NCBI GenBank assembly: GCA_030533385.1
Contig: JAUNJG010000007.1
Coordinates: 638-64,637 of the forward strand
DNA: 64,000 bases
From: Eubacteriales bacterium
Lineage (GTDB): Bacteria > Bacillota > Clostridia > Lachnospirales > Lachnospiraceae
Direction: 5' to 3'
The position numbers were made by a program, and so were the translations under genes. Positions 26,416 to 36,855 of this stretch are shown piece after piece. The notes below the pieces were generated by a model that had not been told where the DNA came from, made no database searches, and worked only from the letters and a program-made list of their open reading frames with translations. The stretch's first letter is position 1. Each line of letters begins with the position of its first letter.

Positions 26416-27714
26416 TTAAGAACCGGCCTCCTCCTGCCCTTCTATTTTTATATAAACAGTTTCGATTCGGTTTTTATCCATTTTTTTGACGGAGTAAAGA
26501 TAGTTTCCTTCCCGCACCGTCTCTCCCTCTTCAGGAAGATGGTCGAGAAGCTCGATGATATGTCCTCCGATGGAGTCATAGTCTTCGGATTCGATGTCAG
26601 AACCCAGGGTGTCGTTCAGGTCGTCAAGCTTCATGCTGCCCACCACCTCGTATTCCCCGGTACCGACGCATCGGATGGTGTCCAGCTCGTCAGCGTCAAA
26701 CTCATCCCGGATGTCTCCCACAATCTCCTCCACCAGATCTTCCAGGGTAATCAGACCGGCGGTGGAGCCGTATTCGTCCAGGACGATGACAAAGCTCAGT
26801 GGTTTTTCCCTGATCTCTTCCATGAGAACGGCAATCTTTTGAAACTCGTAGGTAAAATAAGGCTTCCTCAAAATCTTTCGCACGTCGAAGTCCTCATTTT
26901 TGTGGGTTTCCCGGTAAAAGAAAAGATCCTTCACCGTCAGGATGCCGATGACATGATCTTTGGTGTCCTCATAGACCGGAAGCCTGGAGTACTGTTCCTC
27001 CATAAAAATATCTACCAGCTCGTGGTAACTCATGTCCGCCGAGGCGAACACCATGTCAATGCGAGGTATCATGATATCTCTGGCAATGGAATCACCGAAA
27101 TCAAATACGTTGTTGATAATTTCTTTTTCCTCTTTTTCGATGACACCTTCCTCCTGGCTTACGTCCATGATGGTGCGAAGCTCCATCTCCGTCATGGTAT
27201 GACCGCTTTCCCCGTGGATGCCAAGGAGGCGACTGAGGAAATAGCTGATGGAGTTGATTACAAAAATAACCGGAGTCAGCACGACGGTTAAAACTTGAAT
27301 GGGGCCGGAATAAAAAAGAGACATCGCCTCACTTTTTTTGGTAGCGATATTTTTTGGGGTAATCTCGCCGAAAATGAGAATCAAGAGGGTCAGGATACCG
27401 GTGGCAAAGCCAACGAAGGTGCTGGTGTTTTGTCCAAGTCCTGCCTGTTTGGCCAGGTCAATGGCAAGAGTCGTCGTCAGGGAAGAAGCCTGAAGGTTGA
27501 CGATATTGTTGCCGATTAATATTGCGCTGAGCATCTTTTCGGGATTTTCCGTCATTTTTAAAATGCGGGCGGCCCGCTTGTCTCCACTTTCTGCCAAGGC
27601 GCGCATCCGGTGCTTGTTGCTGGTGGTGAGAGCGGTTTCCGCAGAGGAAAACAAAGCGGAAAGAGTCAGTAATAACAATAAAACAATTAGTTGGACTATG
27701 GAACTGGGGTCCAA
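26416..27714 (-). CDS. CNNM/HlyC/CorC-family transporter (DUF21 TM domain, CBS pair and CorC_HlyC domain)
   Basis: [18 protein letters not shown] (DUF21), a CBS pair ([12 protein letters not shown]...[18 protein letters not shown]) and a C-terminal CorC domain are present. The start is taken as the TTG at 27714, with AAGGAGA 7 nt upstream. The longest ORF reaches 27804. Confidence 0.85.
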   Translation of the reverse strand: MDPSSIVQLIVLLLLLTLSALFSSAETALTTSNKHRMRALAESGDKRAARILKMTENPEKMLSAILIGNNIVNLQASSLTTTLAIDLAKQAGLGQNTSTFVGFATGILTLLILIFGEITPKNIATKKSEAMSLFYSGPIQVLTVVLTPVIFVINSISYFLSRLLGIHGESGHTMTEMELRTIMDVSQEEGVIEKEEKEIINNVFDFGDSIARDIMIPRIDMVFASADMSYHELVDIFMEEQYSRLPVYEDTKDHVIGILTVKDLFFYRETHKNEDFDVRKILRKPYFTYEFQKIAVLMEEIREKPLSFVIVLDEYGSTAGLITLEDLVEEIVGDIRDEFDADELDTIRCVGTGEYEVVGSMKLDDLNDTLGSDIESEDYDSIGGHIIELLDHLPEEGETVREGNYLYSVKKMDKNRIETVYIKIEGQEEAGS

Positions 27715-27899
27715 GACATCATCTCCTTTAAAATATATTTTAAAGCTATTATATTTTATAAAGGAAGCTCTGTCAATCTTTCCTTTAGGAAGGAAAGCTC
27801 GCAAAACGGTGGGGGAAACAGTCCTGTTGAACGAAGGACCGGCGGTGGATTTTTTATTTTTGGGCCGGGGAAGGGAGGGCTGGAAGGGGACGGTTGCGG

Positions 27900-27928
27900 T
27901 TGTATTTTTCGCCGTTTTCTTTTATACT
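27900..27928 (+). promoter_or_regulatory. Sigma-A-type promoter upstream of the sigma-like/dnaG/rpoD genes
   Basis: TTGTAT (27900-27905), 17-nt spacer, TATACT (27923-27928). Confidence 0.4.
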
Positions 27929-28012
27929 GTTTACCATAAGACAGACCGGTGGGACATATCCGAGTGCGGATATTTTTTCATCGTGATAAGAAAAGAAAAA
28001 GGAGGGACATCC

Positions 28013-28768
28013 ATGGGAGGACAAGCAGAATTTTTACAGGCGGTGCAGGAGCTGGAACGGCTGGCGGAGACGAACGACAATCGCCTGGACATGGAAGAAA
28101 TCAGAGATTATTTTTCCGAGATGAACCTGGAAGAAAAACAACTCGATTACATTTGCCGCTACCTGGAAAGTCACAGGATTTTTATTCGCAACCGAATACA
28201 AAGAGGGCAGAGCGAGGTGGAGGAGCCGGTGGAGACGAAGGAGGATCCTCTGGATAGGGATATGGTCAATCTTTATATGGAAGAGATTCAAAAAGCCAGA
28301 CAGGTCAGCGCAGAGCAGGAAGAATTGCTGGTAAAAAAACTGATGAGCGGGGACGTCAATGCAAAAAATCTTTTGATAGAGGCTAATCTGGGCTTTGCCG
28401 TCTCCCTGGCCGATGAATATGTGGGGAGAGGGTTGCTGCTTGGGGATCTGATTCAGGAGTGCAACATCGGACTGATGATGGCCGTCAATGAGTTTGAGCC
28501 GGAAATTCACGGAAAATTTCGGGATTATAAAGAGCAGGTGATACGCCGCCATGTGGAGGACGTGATGGCGGAGTACAACCAGTCCACCCGCTCCGCCCAG
28601 AAGATGGCGAGCCGGGTCAATGAGATGAATGCGCTGGCGACGGCCTTTGCCAGAGAGTACGAAAGAGAGGCGAAGCCGTCGGAGCTTGCGGAGCGTATGG
28701 GCATTTCGGAGGAGGAGGTTCGGGAACTTATGAAGGTGTCCCTGGATGCCATTGCCGTGTTAGAATAA
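28013..28768 (+). CDS. Truncated sigma-70 paralogue with regions 1.1/1.2-like, 2 and 3.0/3.1 but no region 3.2 or region 4
   Basis: An ATG at 28013 is preceded by AAAGGAGGGA. The product (251 aa) aligns with the bona fide RpoD at 30697. Region 2.1/2.2 is LIEANLGFAVSLADEYVGRGLLLGDLIQECNIGLMMAVNEF against [41 protein letters not shown]. The ORF stops right after the region-3 helix (MKVSLDAIAVLE*). Confidence 0.65.
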   Translation: MGGQAEFLQAVQELERLAETNDNRLDMEEIRDYFSEMNLEEKQLDYICRYLESHRIFIRNRIQRGQSEVEEPVETKEDPLDRDMVNLYMEEIQKARQVSAEQEELLVKKLMSGDVNAKNLLIEANLGFAVSLADEYVGRGLLLGDLIQECNIGLMMAVNEFEPEIHGKFRDYKEQVIRRHVEDVMAEYNQSTRSAQKMASRVNEMNALATAFAREYEREAKPSELAERMGISEEEVRELMKVSLDAIAVLE

Positions 28769-28825
28769 AACTCTGCATGATTTGACAGTTTGTATCATAT
28801 ATTTAGAAGGGAAGATAGAGACGGC

Positions 28826-30604
28826 ATGAGATATGAAGATGATTTGGTAGAAGAAGTCCGGGAGAAAAATGACATTGTAGACGTGATATCCCAGTATGTC
28901 TCTCTCAAGAAAAAGGGAGCTTCCTATTTTGGGCTGTGCCCTTTCCATAATGAAAAATCGCCTTCGTTTTCCGTCAGCCGGGAAAAGCAGCTTTATTATT
29001 GCTTTGGTTGTGGACAGGGAGGCAATGTATACACCTTTTTGATGGAGTACAACCGTCTCTCCTTCGTGGAGGCGTTGGAGGAGCTTGCCGGGAGAGCCGG
29101 CATGACCTTGCCGCAAAGGGAGCAGACGCCGGAAGAAAGGCAGCAGGCGGACGGCCGGATTCTCTTAAAGGAGATGAACAAGAAAGCCGCTGTGTATTTT
29201 CATTACCTTCTGCACACAAAGAGAGGGGAAAAGGCGATGGAATACCTGAGGGGGCGAGGACTTACCCAGGAGACGATTCGGCATTTCGGCCTCGGCTACG
29301 CAGACATTTACCGGGATGACCTGTATCAGTATCTGAAAAAAGAGGGGTATAAGGATGAGCAGCTAAAGGAGTCCTCTCTGGTGACGGTGGATGCGGTCAG
29401 AGGGAGCTATGATAAATTTTTTCATCGCGTCATCTTTCCAATCATGGATGTCAATCAGAGGGTCATAGGATTTGGAGGACGGGTACTCGGAGAAGGAGAG
29501 CCGAAGTATTTAAACTCTAAGGAAACGCTTTTGTTTGACAAAGGACGGAATTTGTATGGATTAAATTATGCGAAGCGTTCCAGGGAGAGAGCGATTATTT
29601 TATGTGAAGGATATATGGACGTGATTTCCCTGCATCAGGCAGGCTTCACCAATGCGGTGGCACCGCTCGGGACGGCCTTTACACCCCAGCAGGCAATGCT
29701 GTTAAAGCGCTACACAAGTGAGGTCATCCTCTCGTTTGACAGCGACGGCGCAGGCGTGAAGGCGGCGCTGCGGGCGCTGCCGATTTTGAGGGAGAACGGA
29801 TTGCGGGGACGGGTTCTCTCCATGAAGCCTTACAAAGATCCGGATGAGCTGATTAAGGCGGAGGGGCAGGAGGCCTACCGAAAGAGGATGGAGGAGGCGG
29901 AGCCGGGAAGAATGTTTGAGCTGCTTGTTCTTTGCGAGCAGTACAATCAAAAAGACCCGGAAAGCCGCACGGAATTTATCAAGGCGGTGGCGAAAAATCT
30001 GGCGCAGATAGAAGAGCCGGTGGAGAGGGGCGCCTATCTGGATGCGGCGGCCAACCGCTTTATGATTGTGAAAAAGGATTTGGAGGAGTTGGTGGAAAAA
30101 TACGGCATGGGACTTTCCTATGAGAAGGTCAATGAACAGTACAAGACTTCTCCGGAGACGAGAGAGTCGAGGCAGGAGAAAAAGGAGAAATATAAAAACC
30201 AGCCGCAGAGAATCCTGCTGACCTGGCTGACGGAGCACCCCGACATCTATCCGCTGGTTCGCCCTTATGTGAAGGCGGAGGATTTTCTGACGCCCCTTTA
30301 TCACTCTGTGGCCGTGATGCTGTTTTCACAGTTGGAAGAAGAAGGTTCGGTAAATCCTGCCCGTATTTTGAGCCAGTTCACCCAGCTGGAAGAGCAAAGA
30401 GAAGTTTCGGCCATATTTAACACGCATTTGAAATATGAAACTTCCCCGGAGGACAGGAGCAAGGCCTTGTCTGACGTGGTGAAAAAAATCCGTCTTGCAG
30501 GCATCGAGGACGCCATGAGCCGCACCGGAGACATTGTAAAATGGCAGGAGCTTCTTTCCCAGAAAAACAAAATACAAAAACTGTACATTTCCTTGGAAGA
30601 ATAA
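28826..30604 (+). CDS. dnaG: DNA primase
   Basis: It has a zinc finger (CPFHNEKSPSFSVSREKQLYYCFGCGQGGNV), a Toprim motif (ILCEGYMDVISL...SFDSDGAG) and a DnaB-binding C-terminus. Confidence 0.95.
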   Translation: MRYEDDLVEEVREKNDIVDVISQYVSLKKKGASYFGLCPFHNEKSPSFSVSREKQLYYCFGCGQGGNVYTFLMEYNRLSFVEALEELAGRAGMTLPQREQTPEERQQADGRILLKEMNKKAAVYFHYLLHTKRGEKAMEYLRGRGLTQETIRHFGLGYADIYRDDLYQYLKKEGYKDEQLKESSLVTVDAVRGSYDKFFHRVIFPIMDVNQRVIGFGGRVLGEGEPKYLNSKETLLFDKGRNLYGLNYAKRSRERAIILCEGYMDVISLHQAGFTNAVAPLGTAFTPQQAMLLKRYTSEVILSFDSDGAGVKAALRALPILRENGLRGRVLSMKPYKDPDELIKAEGQEAYRKRMEEAEPGRMFELLVLCEQYNQKDPESRTEFIKAVAKNLAQIEEPVERGAYLDAAANRFMIVKKDLEELVEKYGMGLSYEKVNEQYKTSPETRESRQEKKEKYKNQPQRILLTWLTEHPDIYPLVRPYVKAEDFLTPLYHSVAVMLFSQLEEEGSVNPARILSQFTQLEEQREVSAIFNTHLKYETSPEDRSKALSDVVKKIRLAGIEDAMSRTGDIVKWQELLSQKNKIQKLYISLEE

Positions 30605-30696
30605 TTAAAAAGAAAATGGTTAGACTTTACCTAAACCGGGGAAACCATCGTTCCCCATAATCATTTGGAGGGCATATTTTGGATAAGGGAGAGCAG

Positions 30697-31767
30697 ATGT
30701 TTGACAGTCAATTCAATACCCTGCTGGAGAGGGCGAGGGGGAATAAAAATGTTTTGGAGATGGGGGAGATCAAAGAAGCTTTTCAAGATTCCCCCCTCAA
30801 TCCCATGCAGATGGAACAGGTCGTTTCCCTGCTGGAAAGCCGGGACATTGACGTGCTCACCGTGCCCGAAGATGCGGAGGAGGAGCTGGAAGAAGAAGGG
30901 ATAGAGGAGGCATTTCGCCTGATGAACGTGGAAAATGTTTCCATGGAGGATCCGGTTCGGATGTATTTAAAAGAGATAGGTAAGATTCCGCTCTTAAGGC
31001 CGGAGGAGGAGATCGAGCTGGCAAAGCGGATGGAGGAGGGGGATGCGGAAGCAAAAAGAAGGCTTTCTGAGGCGAATCTCCGACTCACCGTCAGCATTGC
31101 TAAACGGTATGCCGGAAGGGGAATGCAGTTTCTGGATTTGATTCAGGAGGGTAACCTGGGACTGATTAAGGCCGTGGACAAATTTGACTATCGAAAGGGA
31201 TACAAATTCAGCACCTATGCGACCTGGTGGATCAGGCAGTCCATCACGAGAGCCATCGCCGACCAGGCAAGAACCATTCGGATTCCGGTACACATGGTGG
31301 AGACGATCAACCGGGTCAACCGGGCGAGGCGGGCGCTGCTTCAGGAGATGGGGCGGGAACCGACGCCGGAGGAGGTGGCGGCAAGGATGGAAATGCCGGT
31401 GGAGAGAATTTTGGAGATCACAAAAATTTCTCAGGAGCCGGTATCCTTGGAGATGCCCATCGGGGAGGAGGAGGACAGCCATCTGGGGGATTTTATTCAG
31501 GATGAGCATATTCCCGTTCCTTCGGAGGAGGCGGCTCACTCCCTGTTAAAAGACCAGCTTTGCGAGGTGATGGATACCTTGTCGGAGCGGGAGCAGAAGG
31601 TGCTGGCTCTGCGGTTTGGGCTGGAGGATGGCAAACCGCACACGCTGGAGGAGGTGGGAAAGGACTTTCAGGTGACGAGGGAGCGGATTCGCCAGATTGA
31701 GGCGAAGGCGCTAAGAAAGCTGCGCCATCCTACCAGGAGCAGGAAGCTGCGGGACTTTCTCGAATAA
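30697..31767 (+). CDS. rpoD: Primary RNA polymerase sigma factor (RpoD/SigA)
   Basis: All regions are present: [11 protein letters not shown] (1.2), [11 protein letters not shown] (2.3/2.4), IRIPVHMVE (3.0) and [30 protein letters not shown] (4.2). An alternative start is at 30679. Confidence 0.95.
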   Translation: MFDSQFNTLLERARGNKNVLEMGEIKEAFQDSPLNPMQMEQVVSLLESRDIDVLTVPEDAEEELEEEGIEEAFRLMNVENVSMEDPVRMYLKEIGKIPLLRPEEEIELAKRMEEGDAEAKRRLSEANLRLTVSIAKRYAGRGMQFLDLIQEGNLGLIKAVDKFDYRKGYKFSTYATWWIRQSITRAIADQARTIRIPVHMVETINRVNRARRALLQEMGREPTPEEVAARMEMPVERILEITKISQEPVSLEMPIGEEEDSHLGDFIQDEHIPVPSEEAAHSLLKDQLCEVMDTLSEREQKVLALRFGLEDGKPHTLEEVGKDFQVTRERIRQIEAKALRKLRHPTRSRKLRDFLE

Positions 31768-31813
31768 AACAAAGGGACGGCGAAGAACACAAAAAGAATA
31801 CTGAGGAGAAATT

Positions 31814-32563
31814 ATGGAATTATCAAAGCGGCTGGGAACCGTGGCGGAGGCGGTGACGGCGGGATGCCGGGTGGCTGATGTGGGGACTGACCACGGCTAC
31901 GTTCCCATTTATCTGGTCAGGGAAAAAGGATGTAAAAAGGCCTATGCCATGGATGTGAACAAAGGCCCTCTGGAGAGGGCGGAGGCACACATTCGCATGG
32001 AGGGTATGGAAGATGTCATCGAAGTGAGGAGAGGAGACGGACTGTCGGCGCTGGAGCCGGAGGAGGCGGACAGTGTGGTGATTGCAGGGATGGGAGGGGA
32101 GCTGATTTGCAGAATTTTAAGAGAGGCTTCCCGCTTTCTGGAGGCAGGTACGGAGTTTGTATTGCAGCCCCAGTCGGAATGGTTCAAGGTGCGCCATCTC
32201 CTTCACGAAGCAGGATATCGGATTGCCAAAGAATGGTTTTTAAAAGAGGAAGGGAAATATTACGTTGTCTTAAAGGCTCTTCCCGCCGGGGAGGAGAAGG
32301 AGCAATATGAGGAGGAGTTTTGCTATGAATATGGCGCCAGCCTTCTCAGGGAGCGCCATCCTGTGCTGTTGGAGTATCTGCAAAAAGAGGTAGAAAAAAG
32401 AGAACATATTTTAGAGAAGATGAGGAGGGCGGCATCCGGAGAGAAGAAGGCGAAAAAGACAGAGGAAAGGAATGTGGAGACCAGAGAGCGCCGGTGCCGG
32501 GAGCTGGAAAAAGAAATCAAAAAGATCAAAGAATATTTGGACGAAAATCCCGGAGGGGCATAA
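31814..32563 (+). CDS. trmK: tRNA (adenine22-N1)-methyltransferase with a C-terminal coiled-coil extension
   Basis: LSKRLGTVAE...VADVGTDHGYVPIYL...IAGMGGELI...VLQPQ matches the TrmK/YqfN pattern. The position downstream of rpoD is the same as in Bacillus. Confidence 0.8.
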   Translation: MELSKRLGTVAEAVTAGCRVADVGTDHGYVPIYLVREKGCKKAYAMDVNKGPLERAEAHIRMEGMEDVIEVRRGDGLSALEPEEADSVVIAGMGGELICRILREASRFLEAGTEFVLQPQSEWFKVRHLLHEAGYRIAKEWFLKEEGKYYVVLKALPAGEEKEQYEEEFCYEYGASLLRERHPVLLEYLQKEVEKREHILEKMRRAASGEKKAKKTEERNVETRERRCRELEKEIKKIKEYLDENPGGA

Positions 32564-32596
32564 AGCAGACGGCTCGGACGGGATAGAGGACATAAA

Positions 32597-32670
32597 GAAA
32601 AAGAAGGCGGAGGTCTGTTTCTTCCCTGAGAGTGGAAACTTGATGGGAAGAGACGAACCTCCGCTTTTTT
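32597..32670. terminator. Long bidirectional terminator hairpin between convergent trmK and trmO
   Basis: The outer stem is GCGGAGGT (32607-32614) with ACCTCCGC (32657-32664). An inner stem pairs CTTCCC with GGGAAG. T6 follows at 32665-32670 and an A-rich tract lies upstream. Confidence 0.65.
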
Positions 32671-33382
32671 ATATTCTCTTGCAGATTTCGCTGACGTACA
32701 GATTGTTGTCCTTCACAAAAAAGCGCACCGTGTAGCTGGAAAAGCTCATGCCGTACTGTCTGTCGGGGTCGCTGTGATAGGCGGGACGGGGGTCCAGGGC
32801 CAGGGCGGACAAAAGGGCTTCCCGTTTTTTCTCAGGAATGAGGGAGAGCAGGGACGGCTCGCAGTGAACTTGCAGGCGGTGTTTGAGGGCGTCTGCCGTG
32901 AAGGAGGCCGACGCATCCGGGTGGCAGTCCGTAAAAGGCAGGTAAGGTTTGATGTCATAGATGGGAGTACCGTCCATCAAGTCTGCGCCGGACAAAAAGA
33001 GTGCCGGGCCATCCGCTCCATATTCAATCTTATCCAGCCGGACGGAGGACAGTCCGACAGGGTTGGGGCGAAAGGGGGAGCGGGAAGCGAAAACGCCGGT
33101 GTGCTTATTTCCTCCCAGCCGGGGCGGCCGCACCGTCGGGGACCAGCGCCCGGCTTCGTTGGCAGAAAAACCCCAGAGGAGCCACAGGTGGGAAAACTGT
33201 TCCAAATCCCGGATGCAGTCCGGGCTGCGGTATTCTTTTTCAAAGAGAAGAAAGGAGGAAACCTCCGCCATCCCGCTCTGCCTTGGAATGCCGAATTTTT
33301 CGGGAAAGTCAGAGTGGATGTGGGCGATGGGGGTGAGAGACAAGGTCTCAAAATAAGTGGATGCGTCGGTTCGTCTGTTCAT
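32669..33382 (-). CDS. trmO: tRNA (t6A37-N6)-methyltransferase TrmO (TsaA/YaeB family)
   Basis: FSHLWLLWGFS...RPPRLGG...GVFASRSPFRPNPVGLSSVRL...GTPIYDIKPY are TsaA-family motifs. Confidence 0.85.
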   Translation of the reverse strand: MNRRTDASTYFETLSLTPIAHIHSDFPEKFGIPRQSGMAEVSSFLLFEKEYRSPDCIRDLEQFSHLWLLWGFSANEAGRWSPTVRPPRLGGNKHTGVFASRSPFRPNPVGLSSVRLDKIEYGADGPALFLSGADLMDGTPIYDIKPYLPFTDCHPDASASFTADALKHRLQVHCEPSLLSLIPEKKREALLSALALDPRPAYHSDPDRQYGMSFSSYTVRFFVKDNNLYVSEICKRI

Positions 33383-33609
33383 AATCGTACCTCTCATGAA
33401 ATGTATTCTGCGTGTATTTCCAATGTACCTTACTGTGCTTGATGGAAAACATTACAAGGCCGCAAAAAAGCAGGCGGCCATTGAAATTCGTGAATTTCTG
33501 TGATAATGTGTAGGAATATTAACTATAACATTGAAATAAAGAAAGTCAAGAACAAAACATAGAGCAAAAACCTACAAAAACATAGAGCAAAAAGCAACGA
33601 AAACACAGG

Positions 33610-34578
33610 ATGAGAACAAAGATGGAAAAGATGAAAAAGAAGGAAAAGAAATGTTCAGTCTATGCAGCTCCCATGGAGGGAGTGACGGGATACATTTACA
33701 GAAATGCCCATTGGCGCCATTTTAAGGGGATCGATAAGTACTTCACCCCGTTTTTGACGCCGAAGCAGGGAAAAGGCTGGACATCCAGAGAAAAAAATGA
33801 CGTGGCTGCGGAACATAACAAAGGCGTGCCGGTGGTGCCGCAGATTCTGACGAATCATGCCGGAGATTTTGTGCGGATGGCATCCTTGTTACAAGATTGT
33901 GGATATGAAGAAGTGAACCTGAACCTGGGATGCCCGTCGGGGACCGTCGTCTCCAAGGGGAAAGGCTGTGGCTTTTTGAGGGACAAAGAGAAGCTTCTTT
34001 ATTTTTTTGATGAGATATTTCAGAAGGTGGATGTGAAGGTGTCGGTAAAGACCCGGCTTGGGATGGAAGACCCCGGGGAGATAGAGGAGCTGGTGAAGAT
34101 TTACAACCGTTTTCCCCTGTCAGAAGTCATTGTACACGCCAGAGTTCGTGGAGATTTTTACAAAAAACCGGTGAATTGGGACGCCTTTGAAAAAGGATTC
34201 TTGCTGACAGACCATTGCATGTGTTACAATGGAGACATCTATGCGAAGAGTGACCTGCAAAGATTTCAGGACAGATTTCCTCAGATAGATACGGTGATGA
34301 TAGGCCGGGGTCTCATTGCCAATCCGCAGCTGGCGGAGACTTTGGCGGGGGAGGAAGCTCGGGATTTGAAAAGATGGAGAGCCTTTCACGATGAAGTCTG
34401 CCTTGGCTATGAGGAAATCATGTCGGGAGAGCGGAACGTTTTATTTAAGATGAAGGAGCTTTGGAGCTATATGCTTCCCATGTTTCCGGGGGCGGAACGC
34501 TGGGGAAAGAAAATAAAAAAGGCGGTCTGCTTAAAGGATTATCAGGAAGCGGTAAATGAAGTTTTTGAGAGAGGGTAA
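33610..34578 (+). CDS. dus: tRNA-dihydrouridine synthase
   Basis: YAAPMEGVTG...VNLNLGCPSGTVVSKGKGCGFL...MIGRGLIANP are Dus-family motifs. The exact start (33610, 33622 or 33631) is uncertain. Confidence 0.85.
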   Translation: MRTKMEKMKKKEKKCSVYAAPMEGVTGYIYRNAHWRHFKGIDKYFTPFLTPKQGKGWTSREKNDVAAEHNKGVPVVPQILTNHAGDFVRMASLLQDCGYEEVNLNLGCPSGTVVSKGKGCGFLRDKEKLLYFFDEIFQKVDVKVSVKTRLGMEDPGEIEELVKIYNRFPLSEVIVHARVRGDFYKKPVNWDAFEKGFLLTDHCMCYNGDIYAKSDLQRFQDRFPQIDTVMIGRGLIANPQLAETLAGEEARDLKRWRAFHDEVCLGYEEIMSGERNVLFKMKELWSYMLPMFPGAERWGKKIKKAVCLKDYQEAVNEVFERG

Positions 34579-34697
34579 AGAGCAGCTTTCCCCGGGGAAG
34601 GCAGATTCGCAAGTGGCAATGCTAAAGGATACCGGAGATGCGGCGGACGGACCGGCAGAGTTTCCGGGTATGCTTTTGGAAAGGTGAAGAGGTAGGA

Positions 34698-36782
34698 ATG
34701 GAAAAGAGTAAAGGTACAAGATGGAAAAGACCGGGCAGAGTCTGCCTTGCACTGATTATGACTCTTTTGATCTGTGTGAGCAGCGTGAGCGTGCAGGCCG
34801 GCAGTCCGGGAAAAGTCCGCCCTGCCGACGTGTCTTCCTGCATGGAGATTTCCGATCTGATTGCCGACACCTGGGAAGAAGGTTATTTCAGCACCATGAC
34901 GGTGGACGCAGATTCCGGGGAGGTGACGGTGGATGGCGGGAAAGCCGGAAGCGTGCGGGACGTGCTGCAAAAGGGCAGAGTTTTGTCTCTCAGAAAACAG
35001 GGAATCAAAAAGGAAAACCGGGGCGCTGTTACCGTCACGAAAAAACAGGTGAGAGCTTATGCGGACGCCCTGTCAAAGGACGGCGTCTATGAGATAAAGA
35101 AGGGGCTGGGAGGAGACTACGAAATCACGGCACCCTACCAGACCAGGCGGATTATCGTGGAGGATATCGTCAGAGGGGATGTCTATGGAGCCAGTCGGAT
35201 CATTTATAATGAGGAGCTGGGAGAGACGATTCTGCAATATGAGACCCAGAAGGAGGCGGAGGAGGCCTGCGAAAATTTTCAGGAAATCTACGGGGAGGCC
35301 GACTGTTATCCGGATATGGTGTGCCGGGTGGATGACGTTCCCTTCTCGATGCCGGAGGAGATCATTCTCGAAAACACAGGGGTATATTCCTGGGGGAATG
35401 ACTATATGGGAATGAGTGAGCTGAAAACCCGGGCGGCGGGTGCAGCTCCCGTGATGGTAGCCATTTTGGATACGGGGATAGACCGGTCGAATTTTCTCTT
35501 TGCTTCCAGAAACATATCTTCCAAAAGCTATAATTTTGTGGAGGGCAATAAAAATGTGATGGACAACCACGGCCACGGTACCCATGTGGCGGGGATTATC
35601 GCCGACGCCACGCCGGACAACGTCCAGATTATGATGCTGAAAATATCAAATACCAGCGGATATTCGTCTCTGCTCACCATCAAGACCGCCTTGCAGTACG
35701 CTCTGAATAAAAGGGTGGACGTAGTCAACATGAGCCTGGGGTTCGTGGGGGTGAATGCGTCGAAATGCACCTATTTGGACAGTCTCATCAACCGGGCTTA
35801 CCGGGAGGGGGTTGCCATCTGTACTGCGGCGGGTAACAGCGGCGTGGACGTGAATTACTGCTATCCAGCCTGCAATAAAAAGACGCTGGCGATCTCTGCC
35901 ATAGACTCGGATGAAGGGTTCGCCTACTACTCAAACCGGGGGGCTTTGATTGATTTTTGTGCACCGGGAAGTCAGGTCATCAGCGCCGCTCCCGGCAACG
36001 GGCTGATCGGGATGTCCGGCACTTCGATGTCCGCCCCTCATGTGACGGCGGCGGTGGCCTACATAAAAATGATAAAGAAAGATATGTCGGTCAGCGGAAT
36101 CTATAATGAGCTGAAGGCGCGGTGCAGAGATCTGGGCGCACCGGGCCGGGATATTTATTATGGATGGGGCTGTCCGGTGATGACCGATCTGTTCGATACC
36201 GGGGTCATCTATAAAGACAGCGTGGTGAAGGCCGATGACGGCACTCCGGTATTAAAATCTGTAAAAAACGTGAATGACGGCGTAAAAATCTCCTGGACGA
36301 AGGTGAAAAAGGCGAAGAAATACTATGTGTATCGAAGGCGGGGGAGCGGTCCTTTTCAAAAGGTCAAAACCCTGTCCGGACGTACGACAAGCTGGCTGGA
36401 TGGAAAAGTATCCCAGAATAAAAAATATACTTACATGATAAGAGCTGTCAAAAAAAACAAGGCCGGCGACAGGAGCAATGAAAAAGGGATTGTATATTTA
36501 AAAAAAGTAGGGAAGCTTGTGTTGAAAAGCCGGAAAAAGAAGTCGGTGGACATTAGCTGGTCAAAAAGAAAAGGTGCGACAGACTATGAGATTTTTTTCT
36601 CCGGAAAAAAGAAGATGAACCGGGGAAGACTGCTCTCCGTGTCCCGAAAGGCAAACAGAGTCCGCCTGCGGGGATTAAAGAGAAATAAAACCTACTATTT
36701 CAGAATCCGGGTTGTGAAGAAGGTCGGGGAGACCAGTTTTTATTCTTCATGGTCGGAGATGAAAAAAGTAAAAATAAAGTGA
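34698..36782 (+). CDS. Secreted S8 family serine peptidase with an N-terminal propeptide-like region and two very basic FN3-like C-terminal repeats
   Basis: A signal peptide (GRVCLALIMTLLICVSSVSVQA) is present. The triad contexts are VAILDTGID, HGHGTHVAGIIA and SGTSMSAPHVTAAVA. The C-terminal repeats are VKISWTKVKKAKKYYVYRR... and VDISWSKRKGATDYEIFFS...KTYYFRIRV. Confidence 0.85.
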   Translation: MEKSKGTRWKRPGRVCLALIMTLLICVSSVSVQAGSPGKVRPADVSSCMEISDLIADTWEEGYFSTMTVDADSGEVTVDGGKAGSVRDVLQKGRVLSLRKQGIKKENRGAVTVTKKQVRAYADALSKDGVYEIKKGLGGDYEITAPYQTRRIIVEDIVRGDVYGASRIIYNEELGETILQYETQKEAEEACENFQEIYGEADCYPDMVCRVDDVPFSMPEEIILENTGVYSWGNDYMGMSELKTRAAGAAPVMVAILDTGIDRSNFLFASRNISSKSYNFVEGNKNVMDNHGHGTHVAGIIADATPDNVQIMMLKISNTSGYSSLLTIKTALQYALNKRVDVVNMSLGFVGVNASKCTYLDSLINRAYREGVAICTAAGNSGVDVNYCYPACNKKTLAISAIDSDEGFAYYSNRGALIDFCAPGSQVISAAPGNGLIGMSGTSMSAPHVTAAVAYIKMIKKDMSVSGIYNELKARCRDLGAPGRDIYYGWGCPVMTDLFDTGVIYKDSVVKADDGTPVLKSVKNVNDGVKISWTKVKKAKKYYVYRRRGSGPFQKVKTLSGRTTSWLDGKVSQNKKYTYMIRAVKKNKAGDRSNEKGIVYLKKVGKLVLKSRKKKSVDISWSKRKGATDYEIFFSGKKKMNRGRLLSVSRKANRVRLRGLKRNKTYYFRIRVVKKVGETSFYSSWSEMKKVKIK

Positions 36783-36855
36783 CCTTTGTGATGATGCAGT
36801 CATGTCTGATAACAGACGGCCTCCGGCGCAGGCTGGGCTGCAAGAGAGGGCGCTT

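Noticed and set aside
25107-27291. Plus-strand ORFs of 336 aa and 351 aa, antisense to the McrB-like gene and the CorC-type transporter gene.
   Set aside because: The minus-strand products carry clear family motifs: McrB-type framework, and DUF21/CBS/CorC. The plus-strand frames are Gly/Val/Phe-rich shadow ORFs without SD sites.
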